Shown: positions 37,389 to 47,205 of the stretch, piece after piece
Layout of the letters: the number at the start of each line of letters is the position of its first letter
How positions within the stretch are numbered: position 1 is the stretch's first letter
IMG/VR virus record: IMGVR_UViG_3300036944_001324
Location: 124,001-188,000 of that record
Reading direction: 5' to 3' (one strand)
DNA length: 64,000 bases
Program-made: the position numbers and the translations under genes
The notes under the pieces: generated by a model
What the model was told of the DNA's origin: nothing
The model's database searches: none
The model's input: only the letters and a program-made list of their open reading frames with translations

Positions 37389-39524
37389 ATGATTGATCCA
37401 AATAACCCTTTCGTGATGACGGCTGAGTCCTATAAACGGGACGTCTATCCGGTCAAGCACTATATTGACCAGAGTTCTCATTTCCTTCACGTGATGACCG
37501 GTAAGGCTTATCCGGAATGCCAAAGCTACGTGAAGAAGGCTTTAACTAGTCGGCGGTTCCCTCACGTCAAGAATCCAGTCGTCAAGTATCTACACCGTCA
37601 GGAAAACGGTGATCGAGAACCCCAAGAGCTTCCGCTTACAGACTACTTGAAAGAAGTTCTCACCAACCGTGAGATCATGGCGCCTACCCTTACCACGTAC
37701 ATCAGCTCTGATGTATTTGAATCGGTGCTTGCCAAGTACATTCGCGGTAACGTTGCAAAGCGTAACGTGGCTAAGAAAGCCATGTTCGTAGCTGAGGCTG
37801 CTAAGGACGACATCAAGTTCTTCTTCATGAAGAACGAGCAGCGCAACCGCAAGCTCTCCAACAACTCTATCTCTGGTGCGCACGCCTCACCCAGCACGCC
37901 GCTGTACAACCAGACCAATCACAGCACGTTGACTTCGCACTGCCGGATGACTTCGGGTCACGGTAACGCCAACAATGAAAAGCTCCTGTCAGGTAACCGA
38001 CACTACTGGAAACCTGAACTGGTCATCAACAACATCATCTCTATTACGCAGAACGTCGAATACGACAAACTGCAAGCGGTGATCGACAAGTACCAGTTGC
38101 ACCTACCTAGCGTGCAAGACATCATGGCTTGTATCACGTACTCGACGAACCTGTACTGGCACAGTCGTACGTGGGAAGATAAGTTCCAATCGCTTGTGGA
38201 GCGTTTGACGCCTATTCAACGCGCTGCTTTCCTGTACACGGGTGATCTGTTTCACATCACCAAACACAACGACGCTTTCATGCGTAAGTTCTTGGGTCAG
38301 TTGTCGGCCAAGTGCCTTGGCGAAGTTAGTGATCCGGTATCGGAAGTCAAGAAATACCACGAAGACTACGTAATCCTGTCTCACCAGATCTGTGCTACGG
38401 AAATGCGTGGTAAGGGCAAGGACTACAAGGAGCTTGGTAACTGCCCGGAAATGCAAACACTCATTGCTACCACGGCCAACATCAAGAGCACCATCTTTGA
38501 GTATGCTGATTTCATCGAAGTCATCTTTGTAAGTAACAACTCCCCTGCGTCTGTTCCTTACTTCCCTTCATCGATTCGTCGCTCTGCCCTGACGTCTGAT
38601 ACTGACTCCACCATTTTCACGGTACAAGAATGGGTGATCTGGTACTTCGGTAAACTCATATTTACCGAACGTGCAGTTGCTCTCGCTGCTACTGTTGTGT
38701 TCTTGGCATCACAATCGATTGTTCACGTTCTTGCTCGCATGAGCATCAACTGCGGGGTGTCTACCAAGAACATGTGGCTCACGGCCATGAAGAATGAATT
38801 CTTCTTCCCTGTTTTTGTTCCTACTCCGGTAAGTAAACACTACTGGGCTTTGATCAGTTGCCAAGAAGGTAACATTGCCGAGAAGCTCAAGAAAGAAATC
38901 AAGGGCGTTCACCTTAAGAGCTCTAACGCTCCTAAGGAAGTGAATGACAAAGCAGAAGAGATGATGCTGGAAATAGCTCACACCGTCATGCGTGGTGAGA
39001 AGGTTTCTTTGATCAAGCTGTTCAAACAAGTCGCTGACGTTGAGCGCTCCATTATGGACGCTATCAAACGTGGTGATGGACGTTACTGCCGTCGTGGTGA
39101 AATCAAACCAGCGGACACTTATGCCAAGCCTAAACATCAAAGCAACTACATGCACCATGACTTCTGGAACGAATGCTTTGCTTTCAAGTACGGTACGCAA
39201 GAAGCTCCGCCTTACGCTGTTATCAAACTCTCAGGTGGTTTGAAGAACGCAACCGCTACCAAGGAATGGCTCGAGAAGATCGACCCACAGGTAGCAGAGA
39301 AGGTAAGAGCTTATCTCGCAAGAACTGGACGTGATAAGCTTGGTGCTTTTCAAATCCCTAAACAAATCGTTGACGTGCGTGGTGTACCGGAAGAGATTCT
39401 TCTGGCCATCAATGCTAGAAAGATCGTGTCTGACATTTCCAAGATCTTTTACCTGATCTTGGCGACGGTTGGATACCATGGTCTCGATAAGAAGATGACC
39501 AAGCTTTTGAGCGATACTTACTAA
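37389..39524 (+). CDS. Split family-B DNA polymerase subunit, phiKZ gp50-like
   Basis: Motif B-like QxxxKLxxNSISG, motif C SDTDST, and KGVHLK. No exonuclease motifs recognised. Confidence 0.85.
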   Translation: MIDPNNPFVMTAESYKRDVYPVKHYIDQSSHFLHVMTGKAYPECQSYVKKALTSRRFPHVKNPVVKYLHRQENGDREPQELPLTDYLKEVLTNREIMAPTLTTYISSDVFESVLAKYIRGNVAKRNVAKKAMFVAEAAKDDIKFFFMKNEQRNRKLSNNSISGAHASPSTPLYNQTNHSTLTSHCRMTSGHGNANNEKLLSGNRHYWKPELVINNIISITQNVEYDKLQAVIDKYQLHLPSVQDIMACITYSTNLYWHSRTWEDKFQSLVERLTPIQRAAFLYTGDLFHITKHNDAFMRKFLGQLSAKCLGEVSDPVSEVKKYHEDYVILSHQICATEMRGKGKDYKELGNCPEMQTLIATTANIKSTIFEYADFIEVIFVSNNSPASVPYFPSSIRRSALTSDTDSTIFTVQEWVIWYFGKLIFTERAVALAATVVFLASQSIVHVLARMSINCGVSTKNMWLTAMKNEFFFPVFVPTPVSKHYWALISCQEGNIAEKLKKEIKGVHLKSSNAPKEVNDKAEEMMLEIAHTVMRGEKVSLIKLFKQVADVERSIMDAIKRGDGRYCRRGEIKPADTYAKPKHQSNYMHHDFWNECFAFKYGTQEAPPYAVIKLSGGLKNATATKEWLEKIDPQVAEKVRAYLARTGRDKLGAFQIPKQIVDVRGVPEEILLAINARKIVSDISKIFYLILATVGYHGLDKKMTKLLSDTY

Positions 39525-39539
39525 CAAGACAGCATATAG

Positions 39540-39571
39540 CCCTACCCGGACCATCTAAGGCTCGGGTAGGG
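39540..39571. repeat. Dispersed hairpin repeat, copy B (within a bidirectional terminator)
   Basis: Inverted copy of 22862-22893, framed by GACAGCATA...TATGGCGTC. Confidence 0.8.
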
Positions 39572-39582
39572 CTTGTATGGCG

Positions 39583-40677
39583 TCAGGAAGAACTAGCAAT
39601 CATCTCGATGGCATCAAGCATCTCAAGAATCACGGGAGCGTCTGTTTTCATCTGGGTTGTAATGACTTGTCGCATGTTGGAATAGTCGATCATGCGGATC
39701 ATGTACTGCAAGTTTGATTTGTCGTATTCCTTCAAACGGGAAGGACTCAAAGCGGCCATCGCTGCGACGACCTTAATGCGTGCTACGACTTCAGCCCACG
39801 CGTATTGACGTGTTGGTGCCATGGCCGGAAGTTGCATGGCTTCTGCTGCGTTACTGGCAGTCACTGTCGGAATGTTGCACAGCATGTCGTGCAGGCTCAG
39901 GCCCGATGTCTGCAAATGCTCGATAGAGTGGTGCAATACCTTATCCGTGATCATCGAGTGATCACCTAACGCGAATGGATTTCTGCGCGATGGTTGTTTG
40001 AGAGGGTTCTTTGCGATGTGTGCAATCATCCGGTTGAGCAAAGCTACGTCCAGATGAGAGGGTATGGCATTTGCCAAGACATACGCATGCACAAACATAG
40101 GTGTCGTTTTTGGTGTTTGGCCACGTTGCAGTAGAGCGCGCTGCTCAATCAGAAAACAACGCCACATGATCGCCATCATGGTGATATTCACAGAGATCAC
40201 CGCGTAACCGCGTTCGCCACTATAAGCGACGCCGTTAGGAATGTGCATATCCAGATCAGTCTTGCAGTGATCAAGTATCTTGACAGGGGTTGCGTTCTTC
40301 CAATCTGCAGCTATCGCGTAGACGTCGAAGGGTTCGCTGTTGCCAACGATGATCTCTTTGACGCCGTCACCATAGAAGACACCATCGTGCAAAACACCTT
40401 GATGGATTGAGTTGGTCAGTTTCAACCCCATCGCCATGTAAGGCGCGCCAGTGTCCACAAGTTCGTAGTAACGCTCAAGAGGTGCATCAAGGTTCACACG
40501 CATGCTGTTGAGCATGCGCACTAACAAGTGGGTAGATCGAGTACCGATAGTTCTGGTATGGTAGTACGACAAGGCTTGCTGAAGGTTTCTGCTCAAACCA
40601 GAACGCGCTTGTGACCAGGCAGGTGAAATCACAACGCCGCGTTCTGAACTAGGACTTTTGTTGAAGAGGGTTTGCAT
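39583..40677 (-). CDS. Conserved virion protein, phiKZ gp52-like
   Basis: ATG 40677 (MQTLF); minus-strand gene between the DNA polymerase and chimallin, as in relatives. Confidence 0.65.
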   Translation of the reverse strand: MQTLFNKSPSSERGVVISPAWSQARSGLSRNLQQALSYYHTRTIGTRSTHLLVRMLNSMRVNLDAPLERYYELVDTGAPYMAMGLKLTNSIHQGVLHDGVFYGDGVKEIIVGNSEPFDVYAIAADWKNATPVKILDHCKTDLDMHIPNGVAYSGERGYAVISVNITMMAIMWRCFLIEQRALLQRGQTPKTTPMFVHAYVLANAIPSHLDVALLNRMIAHIAKNPLKQPSRRNPFALGDHSMITDKVLHHSIEHLQTSGLSLHDMLCNIPTVTASNAAEAMQLPAMAPTRQYAWAEVVARIKVVAAMAALSPSRLKEYDKSNLQYMIRMIDYSNMRQVITTQMKTDAPVILEMLDAIEMIASSS

Positions 40678-40789
40678 AAATCTTGTTGCGTTGTTCTTTG
40701 GGTACAAGCCTTACGATTGGTTAGGCTGGATGTAACTTCACACGATTGAAATGGAGAAAAAAGTCAAGCACTACACCAATAGTATAGGA

Positions 40790-41056
40790 GATTGCTTTTA
40801 GATCTTCTACGTGGCACGCACGCGTCTCTTAAGAGACCTGCCACCAATGCACCGGGTAATGTGTCTCAATGTGATAATCGCGTTGGGTAACTGAACTTTT
40901 GGTGGCTGAGGAGGCGCTAGCTAAGGCGTGCTTTTTCTGAGAACCGTAACCATTTAGATGCTGAAACACCTGGGTTTGGAAGGTGTCCTGTACAAGCAGA
41001 GAAGGTGTGGTGATGAGAGGTTAAGTCTACAACGTGATGAAAAACGAAGTAGATCC
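40790..41056. ncRNA. Candidate structured RNA upstream of chimallin
   Basis: ORF-free; end-to-end complementarity and internal hairpins. Confidence 0.35.
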
Positions 41057-41060
41057 TAAC

Positions 41061-41087
41061 TTTTTTCAGCCACACATCATCACTGTG
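41061..41087 (+). promoter_or_regulatory. Putative early promoter of chimallin
   Basis: TTTTTTCAGCCACACATCATCACTGTG. Confidence 0.75.
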
Positions 41088-41155
41088 AGTTAGGATTACA
41101 CTCCTCCCTCGAGATGCATTTCGTCAACAAAGTACTTTCAAGAAAGGAACACCCC

Positions 41156-43129
41156 ATGGGCGTTCAATCTGGTAACAACCAAACCAACGTGTCTTCTGCT
41201 GCTCCTGCACAACAAACCCCCGATGCGGGTCTGCACGTCCGTTCCGAACAAAAGCAAGCTGCTGCTGCCGACACCTCCGGCATGTGGAGTTTTGTCAACA
41301 GCGGCCTGCCTGAAATCGTCTCGACCAAAGCCGGCGGCGCCGACGTTCGCACCATCGTGGCCACCATCGCCGCGATCATGGCCAAGGAAGCTCCTCAGCC
41401 TGGCTTCGATGTGGACACCCACGTCGTGGACAACACCGTGGACACCGGCTGGCGCTACAGCACCGTGATCGTCTCGCTCAAGCAGAAGACCACCAACACC
41501 GTCGCGTTCTACCCGCTGGTGCTCGAGTCGACCGAAACCCGCGCCCTGGAAGCCGACGTGCGCGAAGTGGGCAACATCGTCTACCACGTGGACCGTGTGC
41601 CTTCGGACGCTCTGGACGCCGACATGACGGCAGCTATCGCCAAGCTGATGCTCACGACCTTCCCCGGTCATGAACTGCTGGACGTGGGCGGCATGGTGGT
41701 GGCTCGCACCGTCGATGCTGCCGCTGAAGATCAAGTGCGTCCCGTGCTGTACAACGCAGTGCGCGCCTGCTTGACCGCCATCGTGGAAAAGAACCCCGAG
41801 TTCGTCGACATGAACCTGGGCCTGCGGTCTGACGACACGTACCAAAGCGTCAACCTGCAAGTCACGAACCAGCACCACATCGACATCGTCGGCCAGCCCA
41901 TCCGCCAAGACGTGATCGTCACCCTGACGGCTCGCCAAAAGCAGAACGACCAAGGCAATCAGCCCGGTGGCCAAAAGCACCGCTCGATCCACGACATCGG
42001 TGGCACTGAATCCGTGATCGGCGGCATCGGTGGTTTCTTCGACGTGGTGATCACGCCTCCTGCGACCAACTCGGCCTACGCGATGGCCAACCAGAACCCC
42101 CTGGACCGCACGCGTTCGTTCGTCAAGCGCCTGGTGCTGACGCACTTCAACCAACCGCGTCTGTCGACCCTGTCGTCGACGCTGATGATGCTGAACCAAG
42201 CGACTCTGTTCTCCGATCCGTCGGTGAGCGATTCGGTGTTCTATCAGCGCATGAAGCAGCACCGCCTGGACGTCGGCGCCAAGGACAAGGGTGTGGACCC
42301 TACCGATGTGGGCATCCTGAACCTGATCAGCAACGTGATGAACGTGCCTGCCGGTCAAGCCGTGCAACCGTTCGATCTCAAGAGCAACACGCTGACCACC
42401 GATGTGTTCGCCGGCTTCATGAACCAGGTCTTCCACCCTGGCTTCTCGTTGGCGATCGACGTTCCTCGCGCCGGCCCACAAAGCTGGGTGCTGGACGTGT
42501 TCACCGGTGCAGCTGCTGGCCGTCCTGAAGCTCTGAGCGAAATCGTCCGTGCAGCCAACAAGCTGACCAACGGCGCTTTCGGCAATCACTTCTTCAAGGG
42601 CTCGCCTGCCGGTCAAAACATCGTGACGACCGACATGATCTTCTCCGAAGTGAACAACACCGTGCACAACGGCTACTACGTCAAGGGTGACGGCGTCAAG
42701 CGCGACATCCGTGAAGTGGACTACCTGTACGTGCTGAACCGCTTTGGCCAGATGGACAAGACGGCCCTCGACTGGGCCATGACGTTCCTGGTGGACCGCG
42801 TGAATCCCTACCAGCGCATGGCGCGCCGCAAGGAAATCATCGAAGCCTGTGTCGGCGGCCGCGTGACCATCACTGGTTTCAGCGAGCGTCACACCTTCAG
42901 CGATCACTTCGTCGGCTCGCTGTTCGCAGCCTGCCTGGACATGAAGCTCAAGCCCAACTTCCAGTACAACAACCCGCTGGCGGGTGCTACGACTGGTCTG
43001 GTGGCTCCTGGCTTCGTGGGCTCGCGCGGCATGATCAACGGCAACCTGCTGCAAGCTGGCTTCACCGCCGCTGGCAACAACGCGGCCGCTGGTGGCGCTT
43101 TCCACAACCCATCCCTGGGTCGTTGGTAA
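41156..43129 (+). CDS. chmA: Chimallin, phage nucleus shell protein
   Basis: 657 aa from ATG 41156 (SD AAAGGA). GQPIRQD, GYY...RDIREVDYL and ITG...R motifs. Extreme codon bias. Lies directly upstream of the nvRNAP beta' gene. Confidence 0.88.
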   Translation: MGVQSGNNQTNVSSAAPAQQTPDAGLHVRSEQKQAAAADTSGMWSFVNSGLPEIVSTKAGGADVRTIVATIAAIMAKEAPQPGFDVDTHVVDNTVDTGWRYSTVIVSLKQKTTNTVAFYPLVLESTETRALEADVREVGNIVYHVDRVPSDALDADMTAAIAKLMLTTFPGHELLDVGGMVVARTVDAAAEDQVRPVLYNAVRACLTAIVEKNPEFVDMNLGLRSDDTYQSVNLQVTNQHHIDIVGQPIRQDVIVTLTARQKQNDQGNQPGGQKHRSIHDIGGTESVIGGIGGFFDVVITPPATNSAYAMANQNPLDRTRSFVKRLVLTHFNQPRLSTLSSTLMMLNQATLFSDPSVSDSVFYQRMKQHRLDVGAKDKGVDPTDVGILNLISNVMNVPAGQAVQPFDLKSNTLTTDVFAGFMNQVFHPGFSLAIDVPRAGPQSWVLDVFTGAAAGRPEALSEIVRAANKLTNGAFGNHFFKGSPAGQNIVTTDMIFSEVNNTVHNGYYVKGDGVKRDIREVDYLYVLNRFGQMDKTALDWAMTFLVDRVNPYQRMARRKEIIEACVGGRVTITGFSERHTFSDHFVGSLFAACLDMKLKPNFQYNNPLAGATTGLVAPGFVGSRGMINGNLLQAGFTAAGNNAAAGGAFHNPSLGRW

Positions 43130-43318
43130 GCAGTTGCTACATGGGTAGCGTAAGTTATCCATGTTTCACAAGCCTTGCATGAAAGAGTAATCACACACCA
43201 CACTCAACCTACTTCTTTGACACCGCTTTAAAAGAGCTTTAAGTCATTGAGGTAGGAAGAGTGCGTGTGGTTATTTCTTTTATGCTGTCAGTTCATAAAT
43301 ACAAGGAGTGCAGAGAAG

Positions 43319-43489
43319 ATGGTTCCAAGTTCGAAGAAAGTTCAAGTCAATCATAGCGTCGAGCGCGCAATTCGCTCGTTCAGCCGTAGTCGCTGGCCGA
43401 TGGTGACACAAGGCGTCTTGCTGGGTGTTGCTGCGATTGGCGCAACGAGTATGATGTTCAACGTGATCACTCACGTAATCCAGAACTAA
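43319..43489 (+). CDS. Small single-TM protein
   Basis: 56 aa; SD AAGGAG; hydrophobic C-half. Confidence 0.6.
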   Translation: MVPSSKKVQVNHSVERAIRSFSRSRWPMVTQGVLLGVAAIGATSMMFNVITHVIQN

Positions 43490-43492
43490 GCA

Positions 43493-44767
43493 ATGGCCAT
43501 CTATAAGACCATTGTGAGTTTTGACTCGATGTTCAAGAATGCTCGAGTCACTCCTGTGATCATCAATGACTTGCCGATCGTCACCGAAGAAGATCGCAAG
43601 AACAACAACGCACGCATCTACCATGAGTACACCAACGACGTGTTTAACACCACGCCGTCGTGCAATTGCGGTAAGCTCCGTTCCGAGTATCTGAAGGACA
43701 TTGTTTGTCCTGTTTGTAACACACCAGTGGAAAGCGTTCTTGAACGCGATCTGGAGCCTCAGCTGTGGATGCGTAGGCCGCACGGTGTTGCCAGGTTCAT
43801 CAACCCAGCAGTGTGGAACATGCTGCGGGAGTTCCTGTGGGTCAAAGAAGGTAACTTCGACGTTCTGCAGTATCTCACGAACACAGACTACCACCCCAAG
43901 AAGCTGCCGAGTTTGGCGTACTCCATTCAGGAAGCAGGGATCGTTCGAGGCTACAACAACTTTGTTGAAAACTTCGACGTGATCATCAAAAAGCTCCTGG
44001 GTTTGACGCGCTACAACAAAGCCGATCGCAAGGATCGCCGGATTGCGTTGAGCAAGGTCCTGCGTCGCTACGCCAACAACATCTTTTCTGACCACATCCC
44101 TGTCATCAACAAAAACTTGATGATCTTGGAGAACGTCAGTTCTGACCGGTACGTCGACCGTACCGTTCCGATGGCTGTGGATGCGTACCGATTGCTGCTG
44201 GGGATCGATACTGGTGCATCACCGTTCGGTGGTGAAGATGGTGATCGTACGGTCGGCTACAAGAAACTTCGTGCTCGTGAAAACCGGGTAGCGAAGATGC
44301 TGGACATGATCTGTAACTTCAACCTTGAGTACTTCAAGGCCAACGTTGCATCCAAACCAGGTCTGGCTCGCAAGCATCTGTGCTCTTCCCGTGCTAACTG
44401 GTCGGCACGCTCGGTGATCACTTCTCTGACCAAGCCGCACAAATACGATGAAGTCCATGTCCCGTGGGGTGTGGGTATCGGTTTGATGCGCTATCACCTG
44501 TGCAACCGATTGACGAAGATGGGTTTTCGTACCAATCAGATCTTCGGTATGCTCAGTGCAGCGGTCGTTAAATACGACCCACTCATTGACAAGCTCTTCC
44601 AAGAGTTCATCGCTGAGTCTCCTGAAAATGGATTGGTAGTTTGGCTGTGTCGTAATCCGTCCTTGGCGCGCAGTAGTATGCAGCGCATGCGGATCACGCA
44701 GTTCAAGACTGATCCGAATGATCCAACGATCGGCTTGCCGATTCTGTCAGTCACTGGTTTCAACGCT
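43493..44767 (+). CDS. Non-virion RNAP beta' N-terminal subunit (phiKZ gp55-like), exon 1
   Basis: Zn-binding CNCG...CPVC, RSVI and RNPSL; exon ends in ...GFNA. Confidence 0.9.
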
Positions 44768-45167
44768 CGAGCGCAAGCTCAGGCCACCCCGTGTGGAAAC
44801 GCCGGGAGTGAATCTTTCCTAAAAGGGGAATCTCCCACCCACGCACGGTCTGGAACGTGTAGTGGAGGACAACCCCTTGCAAAGCATCTCTAGCTTTAGC
44901 GGACGCGTTATAGCTGGGTTTAAGATGTGCGCCTAACGGCCATCGAAAGGGCATACTGCGCGATTCGCGGCTTCAAGAAGCCGTCGTGGTGTAGCACTGA
45001 GTAGAGTAGGGTAGCTAGATCTAAGGCACCCGAAACGGAAAGGCACTGACCGCAAGTCTGGGGGTTCCCGGGCGGACGAAGTGCAAGATATGGTCTGACC
45101 ACGGCAGTAATGTCGTGCAGGTGATGCTGCTCACCGGCTAGAACTGATCAACTCTAGTGGACAAGTG
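44768..45167 (+). mobile_element. Group I self-splicing intron (IA-like), no homing endonuclease ORF
   Basis: 5' exon ends in U and intron ends in G. P3, P4 and P7 pairings and an AAGAUAUGGUCU S element are present. Removal restores NADFDGD in frame. Confidence 0.9.
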
Positions 45168-45392
45168 GATTTCGACGGCGACGCCATGGGGTTGGTGCTC
45201 GCCTTGGATGAAACCATGGCAAAGATGATCGAACCCCTTGCTCCTCACAAGAGCGCATTCGACATCTCACGTTATCGCGGTTTGTCATCGAACAATTCCC
45301 TGCCCAAGCCAGTGGTTGCTACCATCAGCAGCTACCTGTCCGGTTCTTCCGGCAAGACTGACATGAGCATGATGGAAGAGTTCGCTGTTTAA
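45168..45392 (+). CDS. Non-virion RNAP beta' N-terminal subunit, exon 2
   Basis: Begins DFDGD; spliced product is 499 aa. Confidence 0.9.
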   Translation, partial: DFDGDAMGLVLALDETMAKMIEPLAPHKSAFDISRYRGLSSNNSLPKPVVATISSYLSGSSGKTDMSMMEEFAV

Positions 45393-45418
45393 CGCGATCG
45401 ATTCAAGAAAGGAAAAGG

Positions 45419-46039
45419 ATGGGACCTGTATTCGGAGATAGCAGCGTAGTTGATGCGTTGCTGTTTGGCGTTCCCACGCAATCTACCGTTTCGTTTGTGC
45501 AACGTGAATTTGAGCGATTCTCCAACACTGCTGTTGGTGAGTTTGGTCAACGTCTGGTTGCAGAGACAAAAACGCTACTGGACCGTTTTACGAACAGTTC
45601 AGTGATGAACATGGCGCAAGCTGCGCTCAATCAGATCCGGTCTATCGGGATGGCAGATACCATCTATCGGTTTGATCGGATGCAGGACTTCCAGATCGCG
45701 CAGCCGATGATGCAGACGTTTATCATGGCTAACCCCATGGTGCGTAAGCGTTACCACGAGCAGCGCTGTGATGGTTATTCTGACACGTATGTGGACAAGC
45801 ATCCCGGCAAGATCGGAAAAGATCACGTCCACTGGCAGATGGTGAACAACGGTTTGGTGACTGAAGAAACCGATGGCGGTGTCAGTTGGACGAACTATTC
45901 TGGGGCGTTCACTGATGAAGGCGGACTGCATCTGCAGCCTGTCCAAGCGCATTCTGTCTTGTCTACCTGGCGGTCGCTGGAGAAGTTGTTCGCTGAAGGC
46001 GAATTCGATCCGACGAGTCCTTGGAACGGCAAGCTGTAA
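45419..46039 (+). CDS. Conserved phiKZ-like hypothetical protein
   Basis: 206 aa with IMANP..R, DGYSDTY and DPTS motifs. Confidence 0.8.
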   Translation: MGPVFGDSSVVDALLFGVPTQSTVSFVQREFERFSNTAVGEFGQRLVAETKTLLDRFTNSSVMNMAQAALNQIRSIGMADTIYRFDRMQDFQIAQPMMQTFIMANPMVRKRYHEQRCDGYSDTYVDKHPGKIGKDHVHWQMVNNGLVTEETDGGVSWTNYSGAFTDEGGLHLQPVQAHSVLSTWRSLEKLFAEGEFDPTSPWNGKL

Positions 46040-46157
46040 TCCAGCTCAAAAGTAGAAGATCCAACTGCACTCGCTTATTCAGCCTTCTTGGTTGAGTAGG
46101 TGGCTGCTGGTTGGATCTTCTTTTTATGTTCTTTCTTTTTCGGAGAGGTTATTTTAC

Positions 46158-46571
46158 ATGGCAACTGATACCAAACCACTGCCTAGCTTGTCTACAGATG
46201 GCTGGATTACGTCGACCCCTCAGAAGGTCGACTATATGCTCGGGCATTTCTATGCCTCTGAAATTACCCAAACGCACATGTTCCCGAACAACGTGCACAG
46301 TTTGGTGAACTTGGTTCAACTGTACAAAGAAGACCTGGTCATGCTGGGGACCAAGGTGCAAGAATCTTTGCGCACGTATTTCGGTGGTTATTTTCCATCG
46401 GTGACTGCTCGGGCACAATGCCGTGACATTCCCAACGCTCCGGGACAAGTGGGTATTCACATTTTCTTGGAAGTTCGTGATGTCAATGGTGTTGTTTACA
46501 ACGCCGCCAACGTGGTTGACATCGAAGACTCCAAGATCATGAAGATCTCGGCCATTAACAACGGTCAATAG
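46158..46571 (+). CDS. Conserved phiKZ-like hypothetical protein
   Basis: SD GAGG before ATG 46158. Confidence 0.75.
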   Translation: MATDTKPLPSLSTDGWITSTPQKVDYMLGHFYASEITQTHMFPNNVHSLVNLVQLYKEDLVMLGTKVQESLRTYFGGYFPSVTARAQCRDIPNAPGQVGIHIFLEVRDVNGVVYNAANVVDIEDSKIMKISAINNGQ

Positions 46572-46633
46572 CGTTTTTCATTTTCAATAAGAGATGATGT
46601 GTAGCCCAACCATTATTTCTTAAGGTGTGACCC

Positions 46634-47197
46634 ATGGCAACCTCTCCACAACAAACAGCTTCTGCAGCTGAAATCGACCGCATCCATCAACTGATCGTGG
46701 AAGAACCCAAGCGCATGGCCAACCGCCTGCCGGAACAAATCTTCCGTGATTACTTCCTGCCGGTGTTTGCAGGAAATACGCCCAACGGCAAGCATTACGA
46801 AGAATGGATCTCCATCGCTGGTGCTCCTTCTGCTGAGGTGGCTATCCTCGGTGAAAACGGGCAGGTGCTTTTCAATGTACCGCCACTGATGAACACGGAT
46901 CACATCAAGCGTATCCGTCCTGAGGGTGCTGTTCCTTTTGCATCCATCGTTTCCATGTCGGAAGCATTCCGCGGCAAGAGCGGTGCAGCGGCTGACGAGC
47001 AGATGACCACCGACGGTATGCGCCGTTATCGTGCCAGTCACGACAGCAATCACGATTACACGCCAGAAGAAAAACGCTGGTTGGAAATCTTCCAGCGTTA
47101 CGGCATTGTGTCGGCTGCCTCCAATGTAGAAGTTTCTACCCCATCTGAGGCCGCAAAACCGAACGCTATCGACGACGACGAGTTTGTCGAGTCCTGA
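46634..47197 (+). CDS. Conserved phiKZ-like hypothetical protein
   Basis: LPE..F...FLP.F, W..IAG and LF.VPPL motifs; acidic tail. Confidence 0.8.
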   Translation: MATSPQQTASAAEIDRIHQLIVEEPKRMANRLPEQIFRDYFLPVFAGNTPNGKHYEEWISIAGAPSAEVAILGENGQVLFNVPPLMNTDHIKRIRPEGAVPFASIVSMSEAFRGKSGAAADEQMTTDGMRRYRASHDSNHDYTPEEKRWLEIFQRYGIVSAASNVEVSTPSEAAKPNAIDDDEFVES

Positions 47198-47205
47198 AGT
47201 TCTGT

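Noticed and set aside
44768-44893. C-terminal extension of ORF 43493..44893 and a separate GTG-start gene at 45165..45392
   Set aside because: Both are artefacts of the group I intron; the true product is spliced.
44760-45102. Possible homing endonuclease inside the intron
   Set aside because: Only 60-64 aa antisense ORFs without HNH, GIY-YIG or LAGLIDADG motifs.
15397-46090. AGCCTT hexamer recurring in several intergenic loops (about 15397, 40707, 43171, 46081)
   Set aside because: Too short to distinguish from chance without statistics; only the 32-bp pair was kept.
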